Assembly (NCBI GenBank): GCA_965235115.1
Contig: OZ249447.1
Location: 15,500,001 to 15,564,000, forward strand
DNA from: Laetmonice hystrix
Lineage: Eukaryota
DNA length: 64,000 nt
Reading direction: 5' to 3'
Each line of letters opens with the position of its first letter. Within the stretch, counting starts at the first letter, position 1. The notes beneath the pieces were generated by a model, which was not told the DNA's origin, did not search any database, and saw only the letters and a list, made by a program, of their open reading frames with translations. This document shows, one piece after another, positions 1 to 11,800 of this stretch. A program made the position numbers and the translations under genes.

Positions 1-136
1 GAGTAGAACACTACAGTTCACCGATACAACAGGGTTAACTTCAACATGAATGTAGACGAGTCCCTGGTTTATAACGATCCCATTAACCAGATGCCTCCTA
101 TTCACAGCCAGGTAAATTTAACTATATCGTTAATAA

Positions 137-187
137 CCAGACCTTATAGTAAAACAGACCACTGTGGTCTGTTTTACAAAGGTCTGG
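137..187. repeat. Short hairpin / palindrome
   Basis: CCAGACCTT..GTAAAACAGACCA-ctg-TGGTCTGTTTTAC..AAGGTCTGG; two nested inverted arms read directly from the sequence. Confidence 0.8.
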
Positions 188-826
188 CAGAGACCAGCCA
201 GGGAGGAAGGAGACTATACGCTGCTGTAAATGTTTGCAGTGTGGCTCTTACAGAATCAACTCCGCCGTTTATAGCCGAGGTAGTTGATGCCGAGGTGTCA
301 GGGCCAATTGTTGTATTCTCCAATAGCCAGAATTCAAGTGTTAGCCTTTGTAAATCATAACCGATTATAGGCGTTGTATTCAGTATGGAACCGGAGTTCC
401 CGGGAGGACCTCCGATCTTGCAGCAGGTAACTGACAACCTCACCCCATACAGGTTTTAATAAGAGTATAGATTTGTCACTCCAAGGATATGGATGCATTT
501 AGAATGCAATTAGATTTTATATAGCCTATACAGAGCGTGCTGGAACTTGGCCAATTATGCTTCAACCCGTTTCTGCCATCAGTGTCATCCTAATGTAAGG
601 AGCGTCCGTTGGTACGTCAGGCATCATGATGCTGGCCGGACCCAATGTAATATTGAGAATTCATGGGAAACAGCCGAGTGTCTGACCCGCCTCAAGTAGA
701 GAAACGAACAAGGTGGCCTTGTTAAGCCCTGATTTCGCATCTCTTGAGTTCGCTCCTCGCTGCCGGTGTGCCATGATATCATGCAGTCCATTGAAATTAT
801 CACGGACGTCGTGATATCACGGGTTC

Positions 827-1059
827 CAGGGCCGTATCCAGGGGGGTTCCAAGTATCCCGGACCCCCCTTGAAAAAACTATATTAAGGACAATTTTGTTT
901 AAAAAGTGCATTATTTTAACCAAAGGTGATCTTCATATTTCCAAGCAGGACGTTCTGGGGTTGCATTATCTGATGTCTTTAAAATAATCACAGAGGCCAT
1001 CTTTCAAGTACCTAAACTTAGGAACCCCTCGCCCTAACCAATTTCTGGATACGCCCCTG
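827..1059. mobile_element. MITE with 15-bp TIRs (CAGGGSCGTATCCAG) and 5-bp TSD
   Basis: Left end CAGGGCCGTATCCAG, right end CTGGATACGCCCCTG (14/15 complementary); GGTTC on both sides (822-826, 1060-1064). Confidence 0.8.
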
Positions 1060-1076
1060 GGTTCAACCATGAAATC

Positions 1077-1077
<1 letters not shown>

Positions 1078-1110
<33 letters not shown>

Positions 1111-1111
1111 A

Positions 1112-1146
<35 letters not shown>
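1078..1146. repeat. (CTG)n microsatellite, about 23 units
   Basis: TGC run with one interruption at 1111. Confidence 0.97.
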
Positions 1147-1991
1147 AGGCTTTTATTGGTATAACGAAGAAATCATGCTTGTGAAATCATACGCCTACAT
1201 TATAAGCTTGTGTATATATACACTATATACTGCTATAGCAGTATAGAATACTAACATAGAAGACAAAATTTAGAACTAACTGAACTATGAGATAACCCTA
1301 CACAGGTAAGGCATTCCATAATTCTATTTGATTAAATTTTTTTTACCTTTCTTAATTAGCCAAGTGTCCCGAGTGTTTGCTCAGATATACACTGCTAAGC
1401 CTTCGAACAAATGCAATTATAAATAGGCCGTAGATAACGACATATAGTCTCATTTTATTTATTTTTCTATTCTCACATTATAGTCTCTTTACTTCTGTTT
1501 TATTCACGACCCATCCGCCCTGTTACTTCAGGTAGATAGGCCTATACACGTACTTCTTTTCCTTCTTTGCCGAAGATGTCCTGCATGATTTCATTGCACA
1601 CCTGTGCAACCTTCGCACCCATGCCCGGATTAACTAAATGAAACTAAATGAAGTAAAATATTTAGAAACTAAATTCTAAATTGTCTTTGGGCGTCGCTCT
1701 GCCCAATCTGTTGTGGGGAAAATATAATTAAACGAAATGAGGGGTCATTAAAAATACCGTGGGCTTGCCATATATACGGGCGCCAGCGGACCGGCGTGGT
1801 GCCGCGTGTGAGGTGGTGGAGCCTGCCCAGCAGACGTCACGGCATACCCTCTGGACGTTACCAGGGATACCAGTCCTGTCAGCGTCCCTATGCCCCGTCT
1901 CCTAACGCGGTGCGTCTGACCTGAGCCGCTCAAGGCATGGTGCGGCCAACCGACGGTGTTCAGCGGATCAGATACGGCCAGGCCCCAGCCG

Positions 1992-2195
1992 GACACAGAG
2001 CGGGGCTGGTGACCGTTACAGCGTGATTCTACTGTGGATCGTGACACAGGCGGGGCTGGTGACCGTTACAGCGTGATTCTCCCGTGGATCGTGACACAGA
2101 GCGGGGCTGGTGACCGTTACAGCGTGATTCTCCCGTGGATCGTGACACAGAGCGGGGCTGGTGACCGTTACAGCGTGATTCTCCCGTGGATCGTG
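1992..2195. repeat. 51-bp minisatellite, 4 copies, upstream of the GPCR coding exon
   Basis: Unit GACACAGAGCGGGGCTGGTGACCGTTACAGCGTGATTCTCCCGTGGATCGT. Confidence 0.95.
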
Positions 2196-2413
2196 AGAGC
2201 ATACTCAGAAGAAATCTTACAGTGGTGACGGGGATTTAGACAGACGTTATTATTGGGATGATTACACGTAACCAAGCGACGATTACAACCTATGACTGAC
2301 GGCGGACATCCCGCACGAAGTCCAGGACTGTAGAGAGTCTACGGCCACCTACTAAAACTTTTCCGCGCTTTTTTGTGTGGAAATCTCAGGCCACATTAAG
2401 GAGCAACGGGAAA

Positions 2414-3775
2414 ATGAGAAAGACGTTTGCGTTGATCTTTCTTGGCCTTCTATGGCCCGGATCACTCGGTGGGGTGAGAACTGACTCTCATGTTTCACAG
2501 CAGGAGGAGGCCACCGGTGAACAGGTGAGCTCGATGGCGCTCATTAACGGCGACAGTATGTGGAACACAAGTGCCCTCTGGGGAAACATATCCGAGAGTT
2601 TGGGAGAGATAGACAACGTCACAAGTCCTGGTGTTAATGACACGTGGAACGCGTCTACGTACTGTAACGACGGATCGAGCATTTACGTCAAAATGACGGT
2701 CGTTCCCGTCCTGGCGTTGTTAGGGACGACGGGTAACGTTTTATCGTTTATCGTCATGGGGTCTCACATGTACAGGGGACGCTCCTACGGCTTATACCTT
2801 CGCGCGCTGGCTGTCTTCGACACGCTCACCCTTTTCACCTTTTGCGTCTTTACGGGCAATGAAATAGCAGCGAAATTTGGCTCTGGGGGGTTCCTCCACC
2901 TCCATACGTCTTTAACGTGCAAACTGACGGACTTCTTGAAAAATGTCGTATACTTGATGTCGTCATGGGTCATTGTCGCCTTTACCTGTGACCGTTACGT
3001 TGCTGTCTGCCACCCGCTGCAAAGAGCAAGGCTTTGCACCGAGACGAGAGCCAAAGTCATAATCTGTATTCTCCTTGTTGTTGCCATGGTAACACAAGCC
3101 TTCCGCTTCTATTTTGTGGAGAAATTGGATAGATCTCAGCCCTGTCATGCTCCAACGATCTTGCGAATACGATATTTTGGATTCCATTATTTCTGGTTCA
3201 GCTTTTTCCTCCGCTTCGCCTGTCCGCTTATATTAATCATTATCTGCAATGGAAAGATCATATTTCACGTCTACCGCATGCGCAAAGTGGGGCAGACGAA
3301 AGAACGCGACAAGAAACGTCAGGCACACCTCGCCATCACAACGCTTATTGTCGTCTGCACCGTCTTCATCATCACCTTGTTTCCAAACGCCGCCATTGAC
3401 TTCATTATGTTTCTAGAATTCGTGGTTTATAAAAGAGCGACGCATTTTTGCCTGCTGTTTACGCTGGACACACCCTTTCAGATGATCCGACTGCTCAACT
3501 ACTCGACCAACTTCATCCTCTACGGCTTGACAGGCCGGCTCTTCCGGCGGGAGTTATACCGGATGTTGGCGTGCATGCGTCGTAACGGAAACACGTCATC
3601 AAACCAGAAGGTCGCCGCCAAGGTCAGCTTCCAACTAGTCCACAAACGTTTACCCCACCTGGCGGCGTTCGTCCACAACAGACCACGTGGTCACGCCCAT
3701 GATAATTACGCAAGTTCCAATTCGTCACCTTTCTTAAGGAACAACATAGACAACGAGCAGGTCTCCGGCGTCTAG
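2414..3775 (+). CDS. Class A (rhodopsin-like) peptide GPCR, FMRFamide-receptor-like group; single coding exon, 453 aa
   Basis: Seven hydrophobic segments with GN (TM1), LAVFD (TM2), CKL..TCDRYVAVCHPL (TM3), P-x7-N (TM5), FIITLFP (TM6) and NYSTNFILY (TM7); five N-glycosylation sequons in the N-terminus. A 3' splice site (pyrimidine tract then CAG at 2387-2389) lies 24 nt before ATG 2414, so the ORF-track GTG start at 2375 is unlikely. Confidence 0.93.
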   Translation: MRKTFALIFLGLLWPGSLGGVRTDSHVSQQEEATGEQVSSMALINGDSMWNTSALWGNISESLGEIDNVTSPGVNDTWNASTYCNDGSSIYVKMTVVPVLALLGTTGNVLSFIVMGSHMYRGRSYGLYLRALAVFDTLTLFTFCVFTGNEIAAKFGSGGFLHLHTSLTCKLTDFLKNVVYLMSSWVIVAFTCDRYVAVCHPLQRARLCTETRAKVIICILLVVAMVTQAFRFYFVEKLDRSQPCHAPTILRIRYFGFHYFWFSFFLRFACPLILIIICNGKIIFHVYRMRKVGQTKERDKKRQAHLAITTLIVVCTVFIITLFPNAAIDFIMFLEFVVYKRATHFCLLFTLDTPFQMIRLLNYSTNFILYGLTGRLFRRELYRMLACMRRNGNTSSNQKVAAKVSFQLVHKRLPHLAAFVHNRPRGHAHDNYASSNSSPFLRNNIDNEQVSGV

Positions 3776-4470
3776 ACCTATTGATCCTCTAACGGAAATC
3801 ATGGGGTTCGTTTGACTTTTCTAATTGAAGATCAAAACTGTTGATCTTTTGACATCCTTCACGTACTAAGTGTAGTTTTTGTAGACATATATAGCTGGGT
3901 CATTGTAGTGTAGTGTAGATAGTTGTATTCGGTGCATGCATAGCCGACGACATAGGCGCATATGGTCGGAAGTTCACTGTTGCCATTGACGACCATAGAG
4001 TATGGACATTCTGTCTGACGCTTTGACCGCCAGCTGCACATCGGTGGAGCACATCTCCATGACAAAGCATGACGTGGTCCTGAATCAAACTCCAAGGGCA
4101 CGTACCACAATCTTTGAGTGGTCGTGGAGACTTGACAGGCAGCTGAGTATGCGGTCAGCGAGATTGCCTCTCTACAGACAGCGCGAATTTCAGCAGCGCT
4201 CTCTTCCGTCCAAACACGACCATCTATAGAGTGTGGGATCACCTTGGTAACAGCAAGTATCCGGGGACGGGAAGTTAGCAAATGGCGGCCACGCCATCGA
4301 GGACTGCACAAAATCTCAGCATCAACACCCCGTGTCTCAGAACAGGTCCAACTCGGTATTCTAACTGTGAACTATTGTATACACGTATGGAACTTAAAGC
4401 AGAGCCCCGACCCGGATCCTGGGTTTTGCGTAGAAAGTGCGAAAATAAAACCACCGGGAAAACAATCCGA

Positions 4471-4568
4471 ACTACAGTATTGTAACTACAGTAACTACAG
4501 TATTGTAACTACAGTAACTACAGTATTGTAACTACAGTATTGTAACTGCAGTAACTACAGTATTGTAA
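4471..4568. repeat. ACTACAGTA / ACTACAGTATTGTA alternating short repeat
   Basis: 9- and 14-bp units alternate, giving a 23-bp period. Confidence 0.9.
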
Positions 4569-5107
4569 ATCTCTGCCAGCTGCAGTCTTCCGTCCAGGAA
4601 ATCTGGAGCTGGACCTGGACACTATACCGTCCGCCGGAGACGTTTTTCATCGTGATGACGTGATTATGGTTGAAACCCTGACTTAGTATAGTTACATACT
4701 TCCGACGGAAAGGATTGAGTTGGTCGTATATTATGTTGTTGGTAATTACACTTTTGTTATTCTGTCACACTTGACTGCAGCATTCAGAGGCAAAACTGTC
4801 TATATGTTACAATATTACAGTGTGAAGTAACGGTGCCCACTGACCACGAAATTGAATACGTGGTGGAACATTACAAAATAGCCGTACGCTATCTGTTGTT
4901 GACCCTATATTGTGTTCTGTTGACCCCACGCATACAACACTCGCGACTCGAACACGTTCCCCATATAATGTCTGTGCAACAAGTTAAAGATCTGCAGCGA
5001 AGGAAATAAAATACGTCCACAGTCAATGTGTCCATTGATTTAGTATGAATAATAGAAACGTCAGCGACCTATTCTTGTTTGCGTAGACTCTACAGGGTAC
5101 GCATACT

Positions 5108-5368
5108 GGCCCCGGTTTCAGAAAGGCTTTAAGCAGCAAGCTGTTACGCAAAACTACGACAGCCCATAGTGACATAGACCTTTAGTGTTTTTAACTTTCT
5201 AGATTGGTTTTCATCGATATTTTCAGTGATAATAATTTAACCGTGGTGGTAATATTTTCGCCGCGGTAAGATTTCCACTGCCGTGAAAATGTCCATGAAA
5301 ATCTATGTAAAAAGTTAAAGTCAAGTAAAGTTAAAGCTTGCAGCTTTGGGCCTTTCTAAAACCGAGAC
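5108..5368. mobile_element. Degenerate MITE, probably PIF/Harbinger-like
   Basis: About 38-bp imperfect TIR (GGCCCGGTTTCAGAAAGGCTTTAAGCAGCAAGCT vs reverse complement of right end GTCTCGGTTTTAGAAAGGCCCAAAGCTGCAAGCT); same GGCCCGGTTTC start as the 13355 element; no intact TSD. Confidence 0.6.
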
Positions 5369-6866
5369 ATGGACCCAGTTTACAGAAGAATAAGTATTGT
5401 TCGGATAATTTTAGAGAATAGCCCAGGACGGTGCCGTTAGCGCTATCAATGCCGCACTGCGATAAAGGCAATGACGATAAACGCACATGTGGGTTAATCC
5501 TATGCCATTCGCAAACTCTTGTCGTAACATGATGTATGAGCGGTTCTAATTGGTCAGATTGGGACCTTGACCTTTCCCGGAACAACATTCCCTTACGGTG
5601 ACGATCTACTGTAAATATGACAAATCGACATCTTATCTACATTAATTCAACACAATTATGTGATTCATTAAGTTGCCTTGGCCGATTTCTTAGACATGGT
5701 AATAACTATGTGTATGAGGGCATGCATTTCCTGCACTTCACACTTAGAATAAATGTCTGTAATTATCAGATCAGGACACACTTTGGCGTCTTTGCAATGA
5801 ACAAAATTGGAGCTGGGAGTCTGCCTTAGAATATCGAACTCCGATATTCAAAATAAAACCGTTAGTTTAATCTATAGGTCCTGGCTGATGCTCTACATTG
5901 CGATTCTACTGCATAAGAATGAATTTACTAATATGGGATATTTCGCCCGTGAAGCCACCGCCAGAATTGTGTTGTGCATGAGTGAGGTATCGCCACCGGT
6001 GACGAATGAACAGGGTTGGAAACTACTGCTCCCTCGCAGCTTTTTTTTATCATTATTATTTTTTAGTATTGCCATTATCTGGTCCGTGATAATAGGCCGA
6101 GTTCAAAGTTCGCGAATTTATATTCACTTTACCATATGGAATTTCTATTCTTAGAGTCCTGAATCTGTCCGATGTCAAGTGTTGATGGACTTCACACACA
6201 TTTAAGACACAATTACAACTAATCGTATCCGCCTGTAACCTTCTACTATGTAATATATCCAACCCCTACAGTCCAATGTCTAATTGAGCATATAGAACAG
6301 CTGGTGTTGGTATATCCGATAGCTATCTTACCCGACATGTGATCGTCTGTGTAACTTAAGAACCCAACCCACCAAGGTGATTGACCATGCAGCTTTCTTC
6401 TGCTGTCAGTTTGAATTTCAGTGACGCAACCCACGTCCACAATGATCAGGGGCCGAGATTGAAAACTGCACACTACACGACTTGCTAAGACGCGACAGTT
6501 GAGTCGCTATTTTCCTCGATTCCCGATTAAAGACTGGCGCGTGCACACTACACGACTTCTACGATGAGACGCACACTTGCGACTCAACTGTCGGTGACGC
6601 ACAAGCCCATTGTCGCGATCCTGATGTTGAAAGCTTGAACTACAAAAGTGCGCGCACGTCACGACGGTCACCGTCACGTTTCGAACTTGACATGGCACCA
6701 CCCTTGCACTTGCGCTTTAGCCTATTGTTGTGCTTCGACACCGAAGACTGCAGAGGAAACATTCCAGGAAGGGGAGAAAATGGGTAACATAGGAGGCGGA
6801 AGATAAAATTGGTTGCGGCGATTGTAAATGACATAGGTCTCAAGCTCCAAGATTTAAAATGCGGGT

Positions 6867-7025
6867 TAGGGGGCCTATGCGAGCGCCGCCCCGAGCGGGG
6901 GGTCTGGGGTCCCTCCCCCAGAAAAATTTGAAAATTAAAGTGCCGGGCATCTGGGAACAAAATCCAAGGTCAAACTGAAAATAGACCACCAAGTATGGTC
7001 TGCTACTCTCCGTCGTAGGCCCCTA
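6867..7025. mobile_element. Degenerate MITE remnant
   Basis: Short inverted ends TAGGGGGCCTA / TAGGCCCCTA around a GGGGTCTGGGGTCCCTCCCCCAGAAAAATTTG core; no TSD. Confidence 0.4.
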
Positions 7026-8204
7026 AATCAATGAAATACCCTCCCCATTCTAGGAGGAGGAAAATACCCGAGATTCAATATTTCCTGGACCCTTTCATTC
7101 AGGACATGTACAATATATATAAATACTTGAACACCCTCCGTTTTATTAAAGAGATTTATCCATGGGCGTTGAGTACACCTTGACCTCATTATCCTGTGGA
7201 ATCGGAGCTGATTTCAATTGTTAACACAACCCCGTGTAAAACATCTCAATAATTTATTGGGCTCATAATATACACAGACGAGATTCCATTCTTGGCGAGG
7301 AGGAAGTGGGGCTATAGCTGCATATTGTCACCCCAATGATGACCGAGAGATTGAAACACAGTCCGATCGGGCGAATATGGATGAGACTATATTGCGTGAC
7401 CAACGACCACATACACCCAGTTTTATTCAATGACTGCTCCCAAGGTGGCAGCGGTCGAAATGAGACCTCCCTCGGCGAGACTGGAGGTCCCGGGTCGTGG
7501 CTCAGCGAACAACATTCGGAATGACATTGGAATTACACGATGTGGACAAGGGGGAAACCTCACCGGTTTGCTGAAGTTTTCCTCAATCCCAATTTAGTAC
7601 AATCAATGGCAGGCCGAAATAGCAATAATTCCGTTTATTTGTTCACATGGAGATTTTCATAATAATAGATTGTTTCCTCTCTTTAAATAATTGTTTCATT
7701 ACAAGTTTATAAGTTACCTATTTCTCAAGTATTTTGTCAATCTACACGACAGGTTTAATAAGAACTGCATAAAAATGAAAACATCTAACCCATTTATTAC
7801 GATCACTCTTTCCTAAAAAGGTCTATGAGTGCGGTCTATGCAAGGAGATTGCGAAATTCATTACATTCTCTCTTTTATTGTCTAGATCTGTTCCACTCAG
7901 ATTCGATCATCTATAACTGTACAATCTCCAATGCTCCAAACCTATAAAAACACCTTCTTTCGGAAGATGTCACACTTAGTTACGTAAGCGTTCCAGAAGG
8001 GGTTTTGTGTCCTTGAGTGCCAATATTTTTCTTTCTTTATATGATAGAAAAAAAACCTCGCATTTGTTTGACACAGATAGTTTATCCACCGTCGGAGTTT
8101 GTACAACTAAGTACATGGATGTTTCCACACGCTAATTACGGAAACACAAATCCAAATCTCACCTACTGTCAACACCACCAATGCAGGGGGGGGGGGTCTT
8201 AATC

Positions 8205-8704
8205 GAGTTCCTCCTTTAAGACAACAACTTCAAGGGTCAGATGTTGTAGAGGTCAACGTTAAGAAGGGGGTGACAGGAAAGTTCTTCCTTTAAGACAACA
8301 AGGGTCAGATGTTGTAGAGGTCAACGTTGAGAAGGTGGTGACAGGAAAGTTCTTCCTTTAAGACAACAAGGGTCATATGTTGTAGAGGTCGACGTTGAGA
8401 AGGTGGTGACAGGAGAGTTCTTCCTTTAAGACAACAAGGGTCATATGTTGTAGAGGTCGACGTTGGGAAGGTGGTGACAGGAAAGTTCTTCCTTTAAGAC
8501 AACAAGGGTCATATGTTGTAGAGGTCGACGTTGGGAAGGTGGTGACAGGAAAGTTCTTCCTTTAAGACAACAAGGGTCATATGTTGTAGAGGTCAACGTT
8601 GAGAAGGTGGTGACAGGAAAGTTCTTCCTTTAGGACAACAAGGGTCATATGTTGTAGAGGTCAACGTTGAGAAGGTGGTGACAAGAGAGTTCTTCCTTTA
8701 AGGG
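8205..8704. repeat. 68-bp minisatellite, about 7.3 copies, overlapping the Kelch stop codon and 3' UTR
   Basis: GTTCTTCC recurs at 8281, 8349, 8417, 8485, 8553, 8621 and 8689; the rightmost copy encodes the last 18 residues plus TGA. Confidence 0.97.
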
Positions 8705-8806
8705 CAGGGACCAGAAGGACCAGGCGTCGGACTGGGGGTCGTACTCTTCCACCACAGACGTTGTTTCACTGTTGTCTACGTCACCGCCACCCACCAGGAT
8801 CTTACC
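8645..8806 (-). CDS. Kelch-like coding exon 6 (last kelch repeat and stop)
   Basis: tgtgtgcag|GGTAAG; GKILVGGGD..VEEYDPQSDAWSFW..DLYNI*. Confidence 0.92.
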   Translation of the reverse strand, partial: GKILVGGGDVDNSETTSVVEEYDPQSDAWSFWSLPLKEELSCHHLLNVDLYNI

Positions 8807-11800
8807 CTGCACACAGAGGCCACGGGGTCACAATACAGGGCACCTTTTGTATGTGTATCGAATAATCTGTAAACGATCTCTGCAGAGTGAAGAGTCGAAA
8901 GACAAAACTGTCCCGTACCTTCCCCACCGGAGTCAGGTCCACTTCAGTTTAAAATTCAAAACATCATGTAATAAGGCTTACATTTAAAAAATAATAGATC
9001 TTCTTTTACTACACAATATTAACAATAACGGATAATTCCGTGTGCCCCTTTTCTGCTATAAATACCGAGAGATCGTACAGTTTGGAACATAATTTTTAAG
9101 GAAGAAACAGAGAGAAATAATATTTTGTTTAAGAAAGGAAGAGACCGTAGTTTGTATACCTTCCAGACGACGGCGGGGGCGTTGCCGTGTTTCTCCCGGG
9201 GCAGACTGAGGATTGTCCAAGTGTCCGTCAGAGGGCGGTAGCTCATACAAGACCGGGTCTGACCGCCCACTACATAGATATGATCATTAACGGTGACGGC
9301 GGCCCCTAGCCGGCACGCCTGGGGCATCTCGGCCCGGGGTTCCCAGTCGATCCACACCGTGTCGTAGGCGAGCAGGCTCAGTGACGTACCCTCCCCGTCC
9401 TCGATACCACTCATCACGTAAATATGTTGTCCGTAACTCACCGCCAGAGGGTGCGACAGGCATTTTGGCATGGGTGGCACCTGAAGCCAGACCCGTGTAC
9501 GCAGGTCGAACTGTTCCACCGATCTGAGCGGACAGTCGTCGACGTCTTCCCCGGCAATTACAAACACATTCCCACTGTGAACCACACTACTGTGTTTACA
9601 CCGGCCCTCAGCCATTGGAGGCATAAACTTCCACTTTTTCTCCATGGTGTCAAACAACCACGTGTCCTTTTTAACGTCATTGTGGAAGCCCCCGGTTACC
9701 AGAATCCCGTTCTGGATGACGCAGACGCTGTAGAACTTCCAGTTCGGCTGTGGAAGTTGTGCAAGAAGTTCCCAGGATGAATCTTCTGATCGCAGGTACC
9801 AGCTGTACCTGTTCTGGCGGTCCTCTTTGGTGAGTCCCCCAACAACAACCAGGCATCTTTGGATGGGGAAACAGCGGCGGGGGGCAGTGCGTGGGCTGCA
9901 GATCTCGTGACGGTGGTCCGGCAGCATGTGGTACATCCGGGCTTCCTCTAGATGGCGCTGGCAGTCTGGGATTGCCATAGCCGCATCCATGGCAACCACC
10001 CGGCACAGATAAATACTGCTACAGAACGGCAAGCGAACGTGTGCCACGATACGGGCAAAGTGAGTACGTCTGAAAAATGGAAGCAAATCATGGGACGGAT
10101 AGATCTACTAACTAGATGTATCTTTAGACTCAATTTTACGTCAGGGTATATGGCAGACTTTGTACGGTACTTCAAAACAGACGAAAGACGTCATCCAGGA
10201 ACTTGGACCAATAAAACTTGGTTTACTTTCAGAGAGATAAAAAGGAACCCGATAGGACCAAACACATTTTCTGAAAGGACAGGAGGTTGATCCCATACTC
10301 CGGTTATTTTATCGTCCGTACCTGTCCTCCTCGCTGGCCCGGACCCACATCGTGACCGCCTCGTAAACCGTGTCCTCACTCGGTACTTCTAGCAAGTCGT
10401 CACATATATACTCTTCAAGGTCATCCACGGTCAACTGGCGGAACTCCGTCAACCTGAAACATATGAAGAACAGTCTCACCATCCCTGGTTAGGCTCTACC
10501 TCTCATGCCTAACCTACACCGACTTGGTTCAAAAACAGTCTCATCATCCCTGCTTACCTCTCATTCCCAAACTACACCGACTTGGTTCAAAAACAGTCTC
10601 ATCATCCCTGCTTACCTCTCATTCCTAACCTACACCGACTTGGTTCAAAAACAGTCCCTACTCCGATGACGTCTACGGTGATATTTAAATTGTTTTTATT
10701 CAAACAGCCTTTCCTCTCAGCCTTGCCACCCCAGGCCCCCACCCCTCAACGGTTCACGTTGTGTCCACTACCTGACGACCTCGGCGAACCTGGTGAGCAT
10801 AGTCCTGCGGGCGGTCTCCTTGAGTCGCCGTAACGAGTAGAGTTTGGCGAACTTGTAGAAACCAATACAGTTGGACGGTCCGATCTGAGGCAGCATGAAA
10901 TCCTCGCATGCCATCTTCAGGCCCTTAAACTGGAACTGCTCAGATGCCTGTCAAACACCAACAGCACATTATACCGGCAAAAATAGGTCTACATGATTTG
11001 ATAAGGATAATATCCTATCGATAACATCGTATCGCCAAGGCTATAATTTTTATATTTCCATGCACTTGTGAATGTGTTTTCTCTTAATTGATCCATGCCG
11101 AATAAATCGCGCACAATATGCTAAAGAAGATAATATATCATAAAATAATTAAATGCATCTGAGGTGTTAAGATATGATAATTCTGCATTGAAACCACTAA
11201 AATGATGTTTTCATATTCTCGGTGTCAGTGGTTCCCACCCTCCCCACTAGGCGTCACTACGAAATTAACTGGTTCGGAATCTCGCCGCTAGGCGCCAGTG
11301 TATTAAAATAGCAGCTGGTTCGCGCCGCCGCTACCAGGCGGCAGCACAGCGTAGCGCGCTCACCTGAACGAGACTTTCGACGTTGTCGGTGGTGATCTGG
11401 ATGTTGGACGAGTAGATGTACTCCAGTAAGGACGCCATGGTGTCGGCGTCTGTCCCTTTAATCTCTATCACCCCCGACATTGCCTCCTCGAGACCCGACG
11501 TGAACATGCCGTGGAAATACTCGCTCGCTAACCGCCAAAAAAACAACCAACCTTGGTTAGTATGTTCGGGAAATCAGCAAGGTCATGTCAATGTTTGAAA
11601 TGAAATGTGACGGAAATGGCCACGAGGGAAAGGCACAATAAGTGTCATAGATGTTTTGCCCTTATTCTCAAAAACTAAATATAGTTGGCAGATGCCATTA
11701 TACTTATCAAAACTTTTCTTTCCGAATCAACACTGATGACAAGTTAGGCCTAATTAGTAGGCCTCTAATCTGTAATGTATCCACGGCTGTTCTAAGCTTC

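Noticed and set aside
7-111. Possible + strand exon (NTTVHRYNRV..PPIHSQ|gtaaat)
   Set aside because: No recognisable domain and the acceptor context is cut by the window edge.
2375-2413. GTG start of the GPCR ORF
   Set aside because: It overlaps a 3' splice site ending at 2389; ATG 2414 begins a signal-peptide-like sequence.
9019-9159. C-terminus VYKLRSLPF..IIRYC of the 355-aa ORF
   Set aside because: Read-through into the intron; the donor at 9159 joins to 8806 and completes the sixth kelch repeat.
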